Shown here piece after piece: positions 34,009-45,398 of a stretch of DNA of 64,000 nt. The notes below the pieces were generated by a model. It ran no database searches. It saw only the letters and a list, made by a program, of their open reading frames with translations, and had not been told where the DNA came from. Position 1 is the first letter of the stretch. Each line of letters starts with the position of its first letter. The stretch spans positions 5,878 to 69,877 of the forward strand of contig CAZKJM010000002.1 of the NCBI GenBank assembly GCA_964553245.1. Direction: 5' to 3'. Position numbers and translations under genes: made by a program. This DNA comes from an uncultured Gammaproteobacteria bacterium (lineage in GTDB: Bacteria > Patescibacteriota > Microgenomatia > Levybacterales > UBA12049).

Positions 34009-35100
34009 ATGTCACTTTCAATCGGTATAGTAGGCTTACCCAACGTAGGGAAGTCAACATTATTTAATGCGATTTTAAAAAAACAAATGGCATATGTTGC
34101 AAATTATCCATTTGCAACAATAGAGCCAAATGTTGGTGTTGTTCCTGTTCCAGATGAAAGATTGAAAAAACTTGCAGAAATAACTAAAGACGAACATAAA
34201 ATGACGAGTCTTCCGCCAATAAAACCGGCAACTGTAAGCTTTGTGGATATCGCAGGTCTTGTAAAAGGGGCATCTGTTGGAGAGGGTTTAGGTAATAAAT
34301 TCTTATCACACATAAGAGAAGTTGACGCTATTTGTCATGTAGTAAGATATTTTAAGGATCCGGATGTAGCCCATGTTTCCGGACAAGTAAATCCCGATTC
34401 TGATTCCAAGATTATTAATATGGAATTAATCTTGGCAGATCTTCAAACAGTAACTAATGCAAGGGATAGAGGATCCTCCTTCGCTAAAGCTTCTGCGGAC
34501 AAGCAAAAGGTTCCGGTTAAAGGTTTTAAAGAAGCAATAACAAAATTAGAAAAGGCATTAAATCTTGGAATTTTAGCAAAAGATGCTGATTTAACAGAAG
34601 AGGAAAATGAATCGATTAAAGACTTGCATTTATTAACTTTAAAGCCAATGTTTTACGCAGCAAATGTAGACGAGGAGGATCTTAAAAAACAATACCCAAA
34701 AGATACGATTGCAGTGTCGGCAAAAATTGAATCAGAATTAGTCATTTTATCTGAAGAAGAACAAAAAGATTATCTTTCGGATCTAGGAATTAATGAATCA
34801 GGACTTGAAAGAATTATAAAAAAGGGTTACGAAATTTTGGATTTAATTTCTTTTTTGACAGCCGGAGAAAAAGAGGTTAGAGCATGGACCATTAAAAAAG
34901 GAACAACTGCTGTAAATGCTGCAGGAGTGATTCATACAGACTTTATAAAAGGTTTTATAAAAGCAGAAGTGATTTCTTTTTTGGATTTTGTTTCCAATGG
35001 AGGCTGGAAGCGCTGCCGTGAAAATGGTAAAACAAGACTTGAAGGTAAAGACTACTTAGTTAAAGATGGAGATATTATAGAGTTTAAAATTAATTCCTAA
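34009..35100 (+). CDS. ychF: Ribosome-binding ATPase YchF (Obg-family GTPase)
   Basis: [18 protein letters not shown] (G1), [30 protein letters not shown]-terminal TGS domain. Confidence 0.9.
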   Translation: MSLSIGIVGLPNVGKSTLFNAILKKQMAYVANYPFATIEPNVGVVPVPDERLKKLAEITKDEHKMTSLPPIKPATVSFVDIAGLVKGASVGEGLGNKFLSHIREVDAICHVVRYFKDPDVAHVSGQVNPDSDSKIINMELILADLQTVTNARDRGSSFAKASADKQKVPVKGFKEAITKLEKALNLGILAKDADLTEEENESIKDLHLLTLKPMFYAANVDEEDLKKQYPKDTIAVSAKIESELVILSEEEQKDYLSDLGINESGLERIIKKGYEILDLISFLTAGEKEVRAWTIKKGTTAVNAAGVIHTDFIKGFIKAEVISFLDFVSNGGWKRCRENGKTRLEGKDYLVKDGDIIEFKINS

Positions 35101-35174
35101 TATTCGATTTTGCCCTATTGACAGCAAAAACTACTTCTGTTATATTTCAGACTTATTAGAATTTATTTTATATT

Positions 35175-35504
35175 ATGAATGGAAACGGAAAAGAATGTTT
35201 AAGATCATGTGTATATTCTGTAAAAACAGGTGAGGGAATAATTGTTCCCCTTATAAAACATGACAGAAAATCTCCTTATGAATTACCATGTGATGAAGTT
35301 GCGGCTACGATAAGTCCTGAAAAAATTTTTAAAGTATGTGAAGAAACAGGAAGAAAGGAAAATCATAAACCAATTTGTGGTGAGGGATGTAAAAAACAGA
35401 GAGAAGAAGGATTGTGTCCAATGGGAAGGTCTTCAGAATTACCGGTTAAAGTTGGATCAAGATTACCAAAGGGATTAATTTTTACAAGAGAGTTAATTTC
35501 TTAA
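35175..35504 (+). CDS. Hypothetical small Cys-rich protein (8 Cys, possible Zn-ribbon-like)
   Basis: ORF only. CxxxC...C......C...C...C pairs. Confidence 0.35.
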   Translation: MNGNGKECLRSCVYSVKTGEGIIVPLIKHDRKSPYELPCDEVAATISPEKIFKVCEETGRKENHKPICGEGCKKQREEGLCPMGRSSELPVKVGSRLPKGLIFTRELIS

Positions 35505-35555
35505 GTCCAAAACCACTTGCAATTTTGCCTCATTCTTGATAGGATAAAGCAACTT

Positions 35556-35834
35556 ATGAGAACATATGAATTGGTATTAATTTTAAAGTCTGCATTGACA
35601 GATGCGCAAAGAAAAAAGCTTTTAGAATCTGTAAAAAGTTGGCTTAAAGATTTAAAAATTGTTAAAGAAAACGACCTTGGCGTAAAAACGTTAAGTTATA
35701 AAATAAAAAAGGAATTAAATGGATATTTTGTGCACTTAATGCTAGAAGCAAAAGAGAGTATATCAGCTGATTTAGAAAAGAAGATTTTAAACAACGAAGA
35801 CATAATTCGACATTTGCTTTTAAAAACGAAATAA
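35556..35834 (+). CDS. rpsF: 30S ribosomal protein S6
   Basis: MRTYELVLILKSALTD......V..W......IVKENDLGVKTLSYKI matches S6. Start set to the internal ATG. The rpsF-ssb-rpsR order is conserved. Confidence 0.85.
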   Translation: MRTYELVLILKSALTDAQRKKLLESVKSWLKDLKIVKENDLGVKTLSYKIKKELNGYFVHLMLEAKESISADLEKKILNNEDIIRHLLLKTK

Positions 35835-35836
35835 AT

Positions 35837-36328
35837 ATGGCAAGAAGTTTAAATAGAGTTCAATTAATTGGAAACTTAACAAGGGATCCGGAATTAAGGT
35901 ACACGCCCAGCGGTACGGCTGTGTGCACATTTGGATTGGCAACAAACAGAGCATGGACAACAGATAATGGAGAAAAACATGAAGAAGCAGAATTTCACAG
36001 AGTTGTTGCTTGGAATAAATTAGCAGAGCTCTGCAGTCAATTCTTAACAAAAGGAAGAAAAGTTTTTGTAGAAGGAAGACTTTCTACAAGATCGTGGAAT
36101 GCGCAAGATGGAACACAAAAACAAACAACGGAGGTTGTTATTTCGGATATGATCCTTTTGGATTCCAAAAGATCAGAAGGAGAAACAATAGCGGAAGATT
36201 TAGGTGAAAAACAAACAGTCCAAGAAGATGAAAAATCTGTGAAACCAGTTTCCAAAAAAACGAAAAAAGAGGAAGTAGAAAAGGCGGAAGAATCGGAAGA
36301 GATAATCCCGGACGATATACCGTTCTAA
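35837..36328 (+). CDS. ssb: Single-stranded DNA-binding protein
   Basis: LNRVQLIGNLTRDPELRYTPSGTAVCTFGLATNR...HRVVAWNKLAE (OB fold), acidic tail ending DDIPF. Confidence 0.9.
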   Translation: MARSLNRVQLIGNLTRDPELRYTPSGTAVCTFGLATNRAWTTDNGEKHEEAEFHRVVAWNKLAELCSQFLTKGRKVFVEGRLSTRSWNAQDGTQKQTTEVVISDMILLDSKRSEGETIAEDLGEKQTVQEDEKSVKPVSKKTKKEEVEKAEESEEIIPDDIPF

Positions 36329-36331
36329 AAT

Positions 36332-36577
36332 ATGATAAAGAAAAGAACTACAAGAAGAATTCAGAAAAATATTGTTCCAAAAAAATGTCATTTTTGTGAA
36401 ATTAAAAAAGAACCATATTTCTTAGATACACCGGATCTTAAAAAATTTTTAACAGAAAGAGGCAAGATTATACCAAGATCAAGGAATGGTCTTTGCGCTA
36501 AGCATCAAAGACGATTAACGTCGTCAGTCAAACACGCAAGACATCTAGCGCTTTTGCCTTTTATAGTAAGAGTTTAA
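36332..36577 (+). CDS. rpsR: 30S ribosomal protein S18
   Basis: [61 protein letters not shown]. Confidence 0.9.
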   Translation: MIKKRTTRRIQKNIVPKKCHFCEIKKEPYFLDTPDLKKFLTERGKIIPRSRNGLCAKHQRRLTSSVKHARHLALLPFIVRV

Positions 36578-36585
36578 AATCATAA

Positions 36586-37344
36586 ATGACTTTACTGCCT
36601 ATACTTCTTCCAAGCGGGTTTAATTCAAAAGTTGCTGTTAAGGATAAGATTACAGCGGGTCAAATTATTGCCGAAAAAAAAGAAGAATTAACAGACGAAA
36701 TTATTTATTTGGCAAAAGATCTCAAGATACCCCCTAAAAAAATTACAAAAGCCTTAAAAAAAAATCTAGGTGATAGGATTAACAGGGGAGAAATAGTTGC
36801 AGCAAAAAAAGGAAGCCTTGGAATGGGCGGCAAAAAAATTATCAGCGAATTTTCAGGGACTATTAATAAAATAGATGAGGAAAAAGGGGAAATCTGGGTT
36901 AGGGTTTTGGCAAAAAGTGACAATCCGGAAAATATATTATCACCTGTTGATGCAGTAGTGGATTTATGTGATAATGAAAAAATTGTTTTAAAAACAGAAA
37001 AACCGGCGATTCTTTTGGAAAACACCTGCGGTAAGAACGTGCGAGGAGAATTACTCTGTTTATCAAAAGAATTTATCGACGATGAGGATGTTAAAAAAGA
37101 AGTAAGCGGAAAAATTATTGTAGGGAAAAAGTTTGAAAAAGCAGCGGTTTTTAAGGCAATTGCAATGGGAACCCTTGGGATTATAACAACAGATATTGAT
37201 AATGCAAGATTCTCGGAATTTACGGAAAGAAAAATTGATACTCCGATTTTTAGCATTAATAACGAGAATTATAGTGGTTTATTAAAATATAAAGAGCATC
37301 AAGTGTATATGGACTCGAATAATAAGGTAATTATTGTTTTATGA
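36586..37344 (+). CDS. Hypothetical protein, located where rplI (L9) normally follows rpsR
   Basis: No L9 signature (L9 starts MKVILL..VKGLGK.G). Lys-rich. Function unknown. Confidence 0.4.
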   Translation: MTLLPILLPSGFNSKVAVKDKITAGQIIAEKKEELTDEIIYLAKDLKIPPKKITKALKKNLGDRINRGEIVAAKKGSLGMGGKKIISEFSGTINKIDEEKGEIWVRVLAKSDNPENILSPVDAVVDLCDNEKIVLKTEKPAILLENTCGKNVRGELLCLSKEFIDDEDVKKEVSGKIIVGKKFEKAAVFKAIAMGTLGIITTDIDNARFSEFTERKIDTPIFSINNENYSGLLKYKEHQVYMDSNNKVIIVL

Positions 37345-38636
37345 ATAAAAGAGTAAAAAGAATTCAATTAGTATTAATAATTTTAATCGCTTTTTTAATT
37401 GGTTATTTTTTTGGAATTAATAAAATTGCTTTTGATTGGAAGAATTATTCTCCAAGCGTAAGTGTTGTTAGTAAAGAACCTCCTTCTAATCTTTCCAACG
37501 TTGATTTTTCTCAGTTTTGGCTAACATGGCAAAAGCTTGAAGCAACTTATTATGACAAAACTAAGCTTGATCCGCAAAAAATGGTTAATGCTGCAATATC
37601 GGGGATGGTTCAGTCTTTGGGTGATCCTTTTACGGTTTATCTTCCGCCTGTACAAAATGAAAACTTTAAACAAGGAATGGCAGGGCAATTTTCGGGAATC
37701 GGCGCAGAGCTTGGGATGAAAGATAAGGATATTATTGTAATCGCTCCGCTTGATGGAAGTCCTGCGCAAAAATCAGGAATTAAAGCAGGAGATAAAATTT
37801 TAAAAGTAGACAATAAATCTATTGTTGGTTGGACGACCTCACAAGCAGTAGAAGTAATTAGGGGGCAAAAGGGAACACAGGTAGTTTTAAACGTTATTCA
37901 TAAAGATGAAAAAGAAACTAAGGATATTAAAATTACAAGAGATATAATAACCGTAAAAAGCGTATACGGATGGGTAAAAAAAATAAAAGACGTAGATAAT
38001 ATAAGAATAGCAAAAGATTCTAAATCAAAGGGAATAGCTAAAACTCTTTCGGAAAATAATGAAATTGCGTATATAAGGTTATCGCAGTTTGGAGATAATA
38101 CAAATAAGGATTGGTCGGCGTTGGTTAGTGATTTAAGTCTTAAAATTAGTCAAGCCAATAATTTTAAAGGTATTGTTTTCGACTTAAGAAACAATCCGGG
38201 AGGATATTTAACGGATGCTGTATTTATTGCTTCGGAATTTTTAGGTCAGGGAAAAACAGTAGTTTCGGAAGAGGGAGGAACAATAGAAAAAAAGGTAATG
38301 AAGGTAGAAAGACGCGGATTATTTTTAGATAAACCCGTTATTGTTTTAATAAATGGAGGGAGTGCTTCTGCGTCTGAAATTGTTGCAGGAGCATTAAGAG
38401 ATAATAATAAAGTAAAATTGATCGGAGAAAAATCTTATGGCAAGGGGACAATCCAGCAAGCAGAGGATTTAGGAAATGGGGCAGGTTTGCACGTAACAAT
38501 TGCAAAATGGCTAACGCCTAATGAAGTATGGGTAAACGGGAAAGGATTGGAGCCCGATATGAAAGTTGAATTTGACAAAAACGAGCCGGAAATAGATACT
38601 CAACTTGAAAAAGCAATTGAAGAATTGTTAAAATAG
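37341..38636 (+). CDS. ctpA: Carboxy-terminal processing peptidase (S41) with a PDZ domain
   Basis: N-terminal TM, PDZ (GAELGMKDKDIIVIAPLDGSPAQKSGIKAGDKIL), S41 core (FDLRNNPGGYL, GGSASASEIVAGAL, KSYGKGT). Confidence 0.85.
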   Translation: MNKRVKRIQLVLIILIAFLIGYFFGINKIAFDWKNYSPSVSVVSKEPPSNLSNVDFSQFWLTWQKLEATYYDKTKLDPQKMVNAAISGMVQSLGDPFTVYLPPVQNENFKQGMAGQFSGIGAELGMKDKDIIVIAPLDGSPAQKSGIKAGDKILKVDNKSIVGWTTSQAVEVIRGQKGTQVVLNVIHKDEKETKDIKITRDIITVKSVYGWVKKIKDVDNIRIAKDSKSKGIAKTLSENNEIAYIRLSQFGDNTNKDWSALVSDLSLKISQANNFKGIVFDLRNNPGGYLTDAVFIASEFLGQGKTVVSEEGGTIEKKVMKVERRGLFLDKPVIVLINGGSASASEIVAGALRDNNKVKLIGEKSYGKGTIQQAEDLGNGAGLHVTIAKWLTPNEVWVNGKGLEPDMKVEFDKNEPEIDTQLEKAIEELLK

Positions 38637-38655
38637 AAATCTACAAAAACTACCT

Positions 38656-39813
38656 ATGAGAAAGTTAATTATATTAGTAACTACATTAATACTATTTTTA
38701 ACAATATGGAGTTTTGCGGCAAACTATTTACCTAATGCTTCTGATTATTTTAAAAATTTAACAAATAAGAATAAATTAGAGTTAGAAGAAAAAGTAAAAG
38801 TCGTTACGGAAGAATCGGTAACAATAGATGTTGTCAAGAGAGTAAAGGCTTCGGTAGTAACAGTCGTTTTGGAAAAAGAAGAATCAATAGGAGGAGAAGA
38901 ACCTATGCAAATCGGACCATTCCGTATTTTTGGGTTTCAGGAAGAGGGGAATACAGAACCGCAAAATATAGGATCCGGTTTTGTTGTTTCAAAAGACGGG
39001 TTAGTTGTTACAAATAAGCATGTTGTTTCATCTGCTGGCAATTATTCAGTTATTACAGGATCTGAAAAAAAATATAAAGTTGAAAAAATATACAGAGATC
39101 CTTTAAATGATATTGCAATTTTAAAGATTGATCCAAGCCAAAATAAAACAGAAGCATTAATTCCGGTTGAATTTGGTGATTCTTCGAAGCTTGAAGTAGG
39201 TCAATTCGTTGTTGCAATGGGAACAGCATTGGGGGAGTTTAGGAATACGGTTACTACAGGTGTTATTTCCGGACTTGGTAGGGGAATTACTGCAGGGAAT
39301 GAATTTCAGGGTTTTGTTGAGAGATTAGATAACGTTATACAAACAGATGCAGCAATAAATTATGGAAATTCAGGCGGCCCGCTTTTAAATTCAAGCGGAC
39401 AGGTGATAGGAATCAACACTGCTATTGCTTCAGGAGGACAAAATATCGGCTTTGCATTGCCGATAAATATACTTAAAGAATCAATTAAGGCATTTAATGA
39501 AAGCGGACAATTCGAAAGAGCATATCTTGGCGTTTCTTATAAAATGATTACAAGAGAGCAAGCCTTGCTAAATGACGTTGTTCAAGGAGCTTATGTTCAA
39601 CTTGTCGTTAATAATTCCCCTGCGGAAAAAGCCGGTATTAAACAAGGAGATATTATTGTAAAAGTTGACAATAAAAAAATTGATGGAGAAAAAGATGAGC
39701 TAGCAACAATAATTGCATCTAAAAAAACGGGACAAGTTGTAATAATTACAGTTTGGAGACAAGGTAAAACTACTGACTTAAAAACAGTATTAACTTCTGC
39801 AGGGGAAGAATAA
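38656..39813 (+). CDS. htrA: HtrA/DegP-family serine protease (trypsin-like plus PDZ)
   Basis: Catalytic triad contexts TNKHVV (His), NDIAILKI (Asp), GNSGGPLLN (Ser). C-terminal PDZ (GAYVQLVVNNSPAEKAGIKQGDIIVKV). Confidence 0.85.
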   Translation: MRKLIILVTTLILFLTIWSFAANYLPNASDYFKNLTNKNKLELEEKVKVVTEESVTIDVVKRVKASVVTVVLEKEESIGGEEPMQIGPFRIFGFQEEGNTEPQNIGSGFVVSKDGLVVTNKHVVSSAGNYSVITGSEKKYKVEKIYRDPLNDIAILKIDPSQNKTEALIPVEFGDSSKLEVGQFVVAMGTALGEFRNTVTTGVISGLGRGITAGNEFQGFVERLDNVIQTDAAINYGNSGGPLLNSSGQVIGINTAIASGGQNIGFALPINILKESIKAFNESGQFERAYLGVSYKMITREQALLNDVVQGAYVQLVVNNSPAEKAGIKQGDIIVKVDNKKIDGEKDELATIIASKKTGQVVIITVWRQGKTTDLKTVLTSAGEE

Positions 39814-39815
39814 AG

Positions 39816-40616
39816 CTATTTACTTTTTATTGTTTTTAGCGGAGTTCTTTTGCAATGATCATCTTCCAAATCGTGAACAAGCAGTACGGGATCAGCTTCT
39901 CCGTCTTTGCAAACGGCTATGCACGCTAATTTAGTATTTTTTTCTCCTAAGGCTATTGGAAAATCTACTGCAATACATTCTTTTGTAATTTTTCTTCCAT
40001 CAGATTCATTTTCTAAGATCGCCGGCGTTATTCTTGTTGCTCCGAGCTTATATAAATCAAAAAAAGCTTTATATGGATTAGGTTTTAAACCAAAATATCT
40101 TATCATTTCGCTTGCAGCATAGTATTTTGCCATATCGTATACTTGACCATATTGTCTTCTGAAATAAGGATCAGGTCTTCCATTTTCGACTGAGTTTTCG
40201 GTAAAATGATTTAATCCGTTTCTTACAATTTCTTCGGTTGATTCTTTTAATGCTATTGCCTTATTAATACGACCCATTTTTATTATTTTATCTTTTATTC
40301 TTGCGGATAGTACATCAACACTTCTTGTCCATGTGTATCCGTCTGTTGGTTTTTTTGCATTAATTATTGACGTTAATAATCCCTCTATTACAAAATGAAT
40401 TTCAGGAATTACTGCAATCAATTCATCGGGGGTTCTTATTTTAAAATATTTCCCCTTTGTTTCCCCGATGTCTTCCAGGGCTTTTCTTGTGGCAATTTCA
40501 CTTTTATTATCTAGGCTTAACAAGCCTTCCGGAATTGGAGCAGTTAATCTTGTTATGTTTCGTTCAGTCTTCATCTTGGATGCTCTTCTAGTTAATAGAG
40601 GATTATGATATATCAC
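39816..40616 (-). CDS. Hypothetical protein
   Basis: ORF only. Confidence 0.35.
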   Translation of the reverse strand: MIYHNPLLTRRASKMKTERNITRLTAPIPEGLLSLDNKSEIATRKALEDIGETKGKYFKIRTPDELIAVIPEIHFVIEGLLTSIINAKKPTDGYTWTRSVDVLSARIKDKIIKMGRINKAIALKESTEEIVRNGLNHFTENSVENGRPDPYFRRQYGQVYDMAKYYAASEMIRYFGLKPNPYKAFFDLYKLGATRITPAILENESDGRKITKECIAVDFPIALGEKNTKLACIAVCKDGEADPVLLVHDLEDDHCKRTPLKTIKSK

Positions 40617-40687
40617 AGCTTTACTTTATTGTCAAATGCGATTTGTAAATAATGGTTATTTATTGTTTATTGTTATAAAATAAAATA

Positions 40688-41641
40688 ATGAAAATAAGGC
40701 AAAACGTTTTACTCAAAAATTATTCAAATTACAAAATCGGAGGAATTGCAGATTACTTTCTAGAAGTCTCTTCAAAGACAGAATTAGTAGACGGTTTAAA
40801 AGAGTGGCAGAGTCTTTCTATGAATTTTCCAGCAGATAAAAAACGAATATTTATTTTGGCTGGTGGAGCAAACGTCTTGATAGACGATAACGGTTTTAAT
40901 GGATTAGTAATTCATAATGTTATTAAAGATATAAAGAATGAAGAGAATTTGGTAACTGTTGGATCAGGATTATTAATAAAAGATTTCTTAGAATTTTGTT
41001 TGAATAATTCACTAACCGGATTTGAATGGGCGGGTGGATTGCCTGGAACTATCGGTGGGGCAATAAGGGGTAATGCTGGGGCTTTTGGTGGAGAAACAAG
41101 AGACCTAATAGCAAAAGTTAAAAGCTTGGATTTAATTACTCTAGAAGAGCTCGAAAGAACAAAAGAAAATTGCAATTTTTCTTACAGAACAAGCATTTTT
41201 AAAGAGCAAAAAAATAACGAATTTATTTTGTCCGTAGTTTTTAACTTAAAAAAGGGAGATAAAGATAAAATAAAAAAATCTATACAGGAAAAAATTGAAT
41301 ACAGAAACTTAAAACACCCAATGAATTTTCCAAGTCTTGGAAGTACTTTTAAAAATATTTCTTTTAATTCATTAACACTGGAAAATCAGGAAAAATATAA
41401 AGACTTTATTAAAAATGACCCATTTCCGGTTTTACCAGTTGCAAAACTTTTGCATCTTGCAGGATTAAAGGGGAAAAGAGTAGGAGATGTACAGATTTCC
41501 GAAAAACATCCCAATTTTATTATAAATTTAGGTAATGCAAAATCGGAAGACGTAAGAAATGTTATAAAAATGATGAAAACTACGGTTAAAGAAAAATTTG
41601 GAATTAATATAGAAGAAGAAATAGTTTATTTAATTTCGTAA
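40688..41641 (+). CDS. murB: UDP-N-acetylenolpyruvoylglucosamine reductase
   Basis: N-terminal FAD-binding KIGGIADYF...LAGGANVL, GLPGTIGGAIRGNAGAFGGE, C-terminal MurB domain. Confidence 0.85.
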   Translation: MKIRQNVLLKNYSNYKIGGIADYFLEVSSKTELVDGLKEWQSLSMNFPADKKRIFILAGGANVLIDDNGFNGLVIHNVIKDIKNEENLVTVGSGLLIKDFLEFCLNNSLTGFEWAGGLPGTIGGAIRGNAGAFGGETRDLIAKVKSLDLITLEELERTKENCNFSYRTSIFKEQKNNEFILSVVFNLKKGDKDKIKKSIQEKIEYRNLKHPMNFPSLGSTFKNISFNSLTLENQEKYKDFIKNDPFPVLPVAKLLHLAGLKGKRVGDVQISEKHPNFIINLGNAKSEDVRNVIKMMKTTVKEKFGINIEEEIVYLIS

Positions 41642-42675
41642 TCCTTGTATAGGTTTTTTGCAAACTCATCTAAAATTCTTATTAATTTTTCATCTTTTGA
41701 ATGGATGCTAATTTCTTGAGTACCTACCCAGACAGTCGTTTTAACGAAATTGTGTGATCCGAAAATTACTTCCTTTTTATCAACTTCTAATAATTTTGCG
41801 TGTACTTTTTTGGAACAGTGAACAAGTTTAATGTAAGGATTATATTTTATTTTAGATCGCAACCTTTTATACAAGGGCGTATAGGGAAATTTTGTAAAAA
41901 CTTTATGTTCACGGTGTGATGTTATAATTATAACATTCACTCTTTCTTTTGCCTTTTGAACAAGTTTTTTTAAAAGTATTCCGTCCGGAACATATTGTGA
42001 AACAAAAACAATTTCTTTTTTCGCTCTTTCAACCATTTTTACGGCGTGGTTATAAATAATAGATTTGTTATATCGACCGTTATCAATTAAAAGCCTGTAA
42101 TTATCATCAACATCGAAAAGATAATTTTTAGTCTCTTTTTTACTTAATTGCGGAAATTGTTTCGATATAGAATCTATTAATTTTTGGTGTTTAAACTTAA
42201 TCATGAAGTCAATATTGTCAAACGCGGCATCGGTTAAGTTTATTCCACCTGTCCAAAATAAATTGTCGACTATAAAGATTTTTGCGTGGCTTCTTTTTAA
42301 AAATGGAACAATGTGACCATTTACTCCGGGCTGATTAGCAAGTATTACTTTAATACCGGCTTCTTCTAATTTTTCAAGTATTTTTTCGCTTCTCCTAGTA
42401 AGTACTTTTAACTCCTCACGATTTTTGCTTCTTATTGGCAGTATTGGCATAAGATGAATTTTTTCTTTAATGTGTCTTCTGGTGGACCAGTCGATTACAA
42501 CTCTTACATCAATTCCTTTTTTTACCGCCTTTATTAATGCTTCTTCAAAAATTTTTGTTTTATTTCCAACTTCAAAATACATTGTTTGAATCCAAACTCT
42601 TTTTTTTGCTTTAGCTACTTCTTTTATAAAATCTTTAATAAATTTATTTGGGTCTTGTAGTTCGAATTTTCTCAT
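41626..42675 (-). CDS. Phospholipase D-family protein (cardiolipin synthase-like, two HKD motifs)
   Basis: HAKIFIVDNLFWTGGINLTD and HAKLLEVDKKEVIFGSHNF are the two HxK(x4)D(x6)G motifs. Confidence 0.75.
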   Translation of the reverse strand: MRKFELQDPNKFIKDFIKEVAKAKKRVWIQTMYFEVGNKTKIFEEALIKAVKKGIDVRVVIDWSTRRHIKEKIHLMPILPIRSKNREELKVLTRRSEKILEKLEEAGIKVILANQPGVNGHIVPFLKRSHAKIFIVDNLFWTGGINLTDAAFDNIDFMIKFKHQKLIDSISKQFPQLSKKETKNYLFDVDDNYRLLIDNGRYNKSIIYNHAVKMVERAKKEIVFVSQYVPDGILLKKLVQKAKERVNVIIITSHREHKVFTKFPYTPLYKRLRSKIKYNPYIKLVHCSKKVHAKLLEVDKKEVIFGSHNFVKTTVWVGTQEISIHSKDEKLIRILDEFAKNLYKDYEIK

Positions 42676-42763
42676 AAGCTACGAGTATATCAGCTTAAAA
42701 AAATAAAGTAAAGAAAGCTAAGGTTTATTGACTAAAGATTAAGAATAATTGTATAAATAATTA

Positions 42764-44455
42764 ATGGGCAATATTTTTTTTGATATAACAATAATTATTT
42801 GCTTAGCAGCATTTTTATCTTTATTTTTTAAGTTTTTAAGGCAACCGGAAATTTTAGCTTATATTTTAACAGGAGTATTAATTGGTCCATTAGGGTTTTT
42901 TCAATTATCTAACCAAGATACTCTTCATACAATGTCACAATTTGGAATAACACTTCTTCTTTTTATGATTGGCTTGGAAATTAGAGTATCGGATCTTTTT
43001 CAGATAGGAAAAAATGTTTTACTTGCAGCTTTGGGACAAATTCTATTTACCTTTAGTGCAGGGTATTTAATATCGTGTCTTTTTAATTATTCTTTACTTA
43101 ATTCACTGTATATCGCAATCGCTTTAACGTTCTCAAGTACAGTTATTATCGTTAAGCTTTTATCGGACAAAAAAGATATGCATAGTTTATATGGAAAAAT
43201 TTCTTTAATTATTCTATTGGCACAAGATCTTTTGGCAATAATATTTTTAATGCTTTTAACTAGCTTTAATCCAAACACAGGCGGTTTTCAATCTAGTCTA
43301 GAAACATTAATGGTTTTTGTTAAAGCAGGGGTTCTTTTTGCAATAGTAATTTATTTAAGTAAAAACGTTTTTCCAAAGCTAGTTGAAGCAGTTGCTAAAT
43401 CATCGGAAATATTATTTTTAGTTAGCATTGCATGGGTTTTTGGATTTGCAGCATTTGTGAGTTCTCCCTTTATTGGTTTTTCTATAGAAATTGGTGGTTT
43501 TTTAGCTGGGCTTGCTTTGGCAAATTCCATCGCGAATTATCAGATTATTGCAAAAGCTAAAATTTTAAGAGATTTTTTTATTGTAATGTTTTTTGTTTTG
43601 TTGGGATTTCAAATGAGTTTTGAAAATATTCAGAACATTATTTTTCCCGCAATTATACTATCGATATTTGTAATAGTTTTAAAACCATTAATAACAATGT
43701 TTGTTTTAGGAGGTCTTGGGTACAGAAAAAGAACGTCATTTTTATCAGGAATTTCCCTATCGCAAGTTTCGGAATTTTCTTTAGTTATAGTTTTTATGGG
43801 TCAAAAACTTGGACACATTGGAAAAGATATCGTTTCTTTAATTACTCTTGTTGGAATGGTGAGTTTTATAACTTCGGCATATTTAATAATTAAAGGAAGC
43901 AAGCTATATTTGGCAATAGGGCATTGGTTTAATTTTTTAGAAAGAAAACATACCGGCAATGAACAAATAGTTATCGCAAAAGACGGTTTTGATGATTTAA
44001 AAGATCATGTCGTAATAATAGGTGGTGATCAAATGGGGCAGAGTATTCTAGATGCTTTAGAGGAAAAAGATGCAGAAGTTGTAATAATAGACTTTGATCC
44101 GTCTGTTGTTAAAAAGCTAGAGCATAAAAACGTCCATAAATTATTTGGCGACATTTCTGATTTAGATATTCAGGAAAGGGCAAAGTTGGACAGTGCAAGA
44201 TTAGTTATTTCCACAATTCCTGATGTTGAAGATAATTTAATTTTATTAAAAGAATTGCAGCACGAAAACAGAAAAGCAAAGGTAGTTGTTATGGCGCTTG
44301 ATTCACATGATGCAAAACTTTTATATCATTTGGGAGCAGATTATGTAATTTTGCCACACTTGGCCGGGGGAAGACAGATTGCAAAATTGATTAAAGAAAA
44401 TAAATTGGACGAAATAAATTCTTTAAAGCTTAATGATTGGATTTACATTAATTAA
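42764..44455 (+). CDS. Monovalent cation:proton antiporter (CPA2/Kef-type) with a C-terminal RCK/TrkA-N domain
   Basis: About 12 TM helices, then [30 protein letters not shown], a Rossmann GxGxxG motif. Confidence 0.8.
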   Translation: MGNIFFDITIIICLAAFLSLFFKFLRQPEILAYILTGVLIGPLGFFQLSNQDTLHTMSQFGITLLLFMIGLEIRVSDLFQIGKNVLLAALGQILFTFSAGYLISCLFNYSLLNSLYIAIALTFSSTVIIVKLLSDKKDMHSLYGKISLIILLAQDLLAIIFLMLLTSFNPNTGGFQSSLETLMVFVKAGVLFAIVIYLSKNVFPKLVEAVAKSSEILFLVSIAWVFGFAAFVSSPFIGFSIEIGGFLAGLALANSIANYQIIAKAKILRDFFIVMFFVLLGFQMSFENIQNIIFPAIILSIFVIVLKPLITMFVLGGLGYRKRTSFLSGISLSQVSEFSLVIVFMGQKLGHIGKDIVSLITLVGMVSFITSAYLIIKGSKLYLAIGHWFNFLERKHTGNEQIVIAKDGFDDLKDHVVIIGGDQMGQSILDALEEKDAEVVIIDFDPSVVKKLEHKNVHKLFGDISDLDIQERAKLDSARLVISTIPDVEDNLILLKELQHENRKAKVVVMALDSHDAKLLYHLGADYVILPHLAGGRQIAKLIKENKLDEINSLKLNDWIYIN

Positions 44456-45365
44456 CTTGAATTTCTTGTAATTCTAAGGCATTTTTTGTTTCTTGATAAA
44501 CTTCTTCTAAATTACCATCCATTAGCGATGGGAGATTGTGCCAACTTTTATTTATTCTATGATCTGTCAGTCTATCTTGTGGAAAATTATAAGTTTTAAT
44601 TTTTTCAGCCCGCATACCTCGCCCAACTTGAGTAGATCTAATTGACGAAATTTCACTTTGTTGTTTTTCAACTTCCATTTCCCAAAGTTTTGCCCTTAAC
44701 ATTTCCATTGCCAGCTCTCTGTTCTGCGCCTGAAACCTTTGCGTTTGACAAGTAACCACAATTCCAGTAGGCTGGTGTATGAGTCTTACTGCAGTAGAAA
44801 CTTTGTTAACGTTTTGACCGCCGTGTCCTCCCGCTCTAAATGCTTCAAAAATAATGTCGTCAGGCGATATATGCAAGTCAATATCTTCAAGCTCCGGAAG
44901 AATGGAAACAGTTGCCGTAGAAGTATGAATTCTTCCCCGTTTTTCTGTAATTGGTATTCTTTGAACCCTATGGACGCCTGCCTCATATTTAAAAATTTCA
45001 AAAGCTCCGCCTGTTGACGAGTTTCCGTCTATTTTTATGACATTTTCGTCTAATTGTTCGACTTTAAAGCCCTTAATTTGTGCAAAACGAGTGTACATTC
45101 TTAATAATTCTTCGGACCAAAGTTTTGCTTCTTCTCCTCCGGCTGCGCCTTTTAGCTCCAAAATAACATTTCTCTGATTAAAATCATCATTATTTTCTTC
45201 TCTTTTTACCATATTAAGACTAAGCTCTAATGCTTCTTTTTGTTTTTCAAGTTCTTTTATTTCCTCTTTTGCTAAGTCAGAAAATTCCGGATTTTCCAAA
45301 AGAGGTTTCGTTTCTTCAATTTTTCTTGAAATTTCCTCAAGCTGTATTAGTCTATAGTCTTCCAT
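44448..45365 (-). CDS. prfA: Peptide chain release factor 1
   Basis: GGQ motif ([13 protein letters not shown]). The tripeptide anticodon is PIT (P.T type, not SPF) in [21 protein letters not shown]. Confidence 0.85.
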   Translation of the reverse strand: MEDYRLIQLEEISRKIEETKPLLENPEFSDLAKEEIKELEKQKEALELSLNMVKREENNDDFNQRNVILELKGAAGGEEAKLWSEELLRMYTRFAQIKGFKVEQLDENVIKIDGNSSTGGAFEIFKYEAGVHRVQRIPITEKRGRIHTSTATVSILPELEDIDLHISPDDIIFEAFRAGGHGGQNVNKVSTAVRLIHQPTGIVVTCQTQRFQAQNRELAMEMLRAKLWEMEVEKQQSEISSIRSTQVGRGMRAEKIKTYNFPQDRLTDHRINKSWHNLPSLMDGNLEEVYQETKNALELQEIQVN

Positions 45366-45398
45366 AGTGGGATTGGTTTGGTTTATTTAATAGACGAT

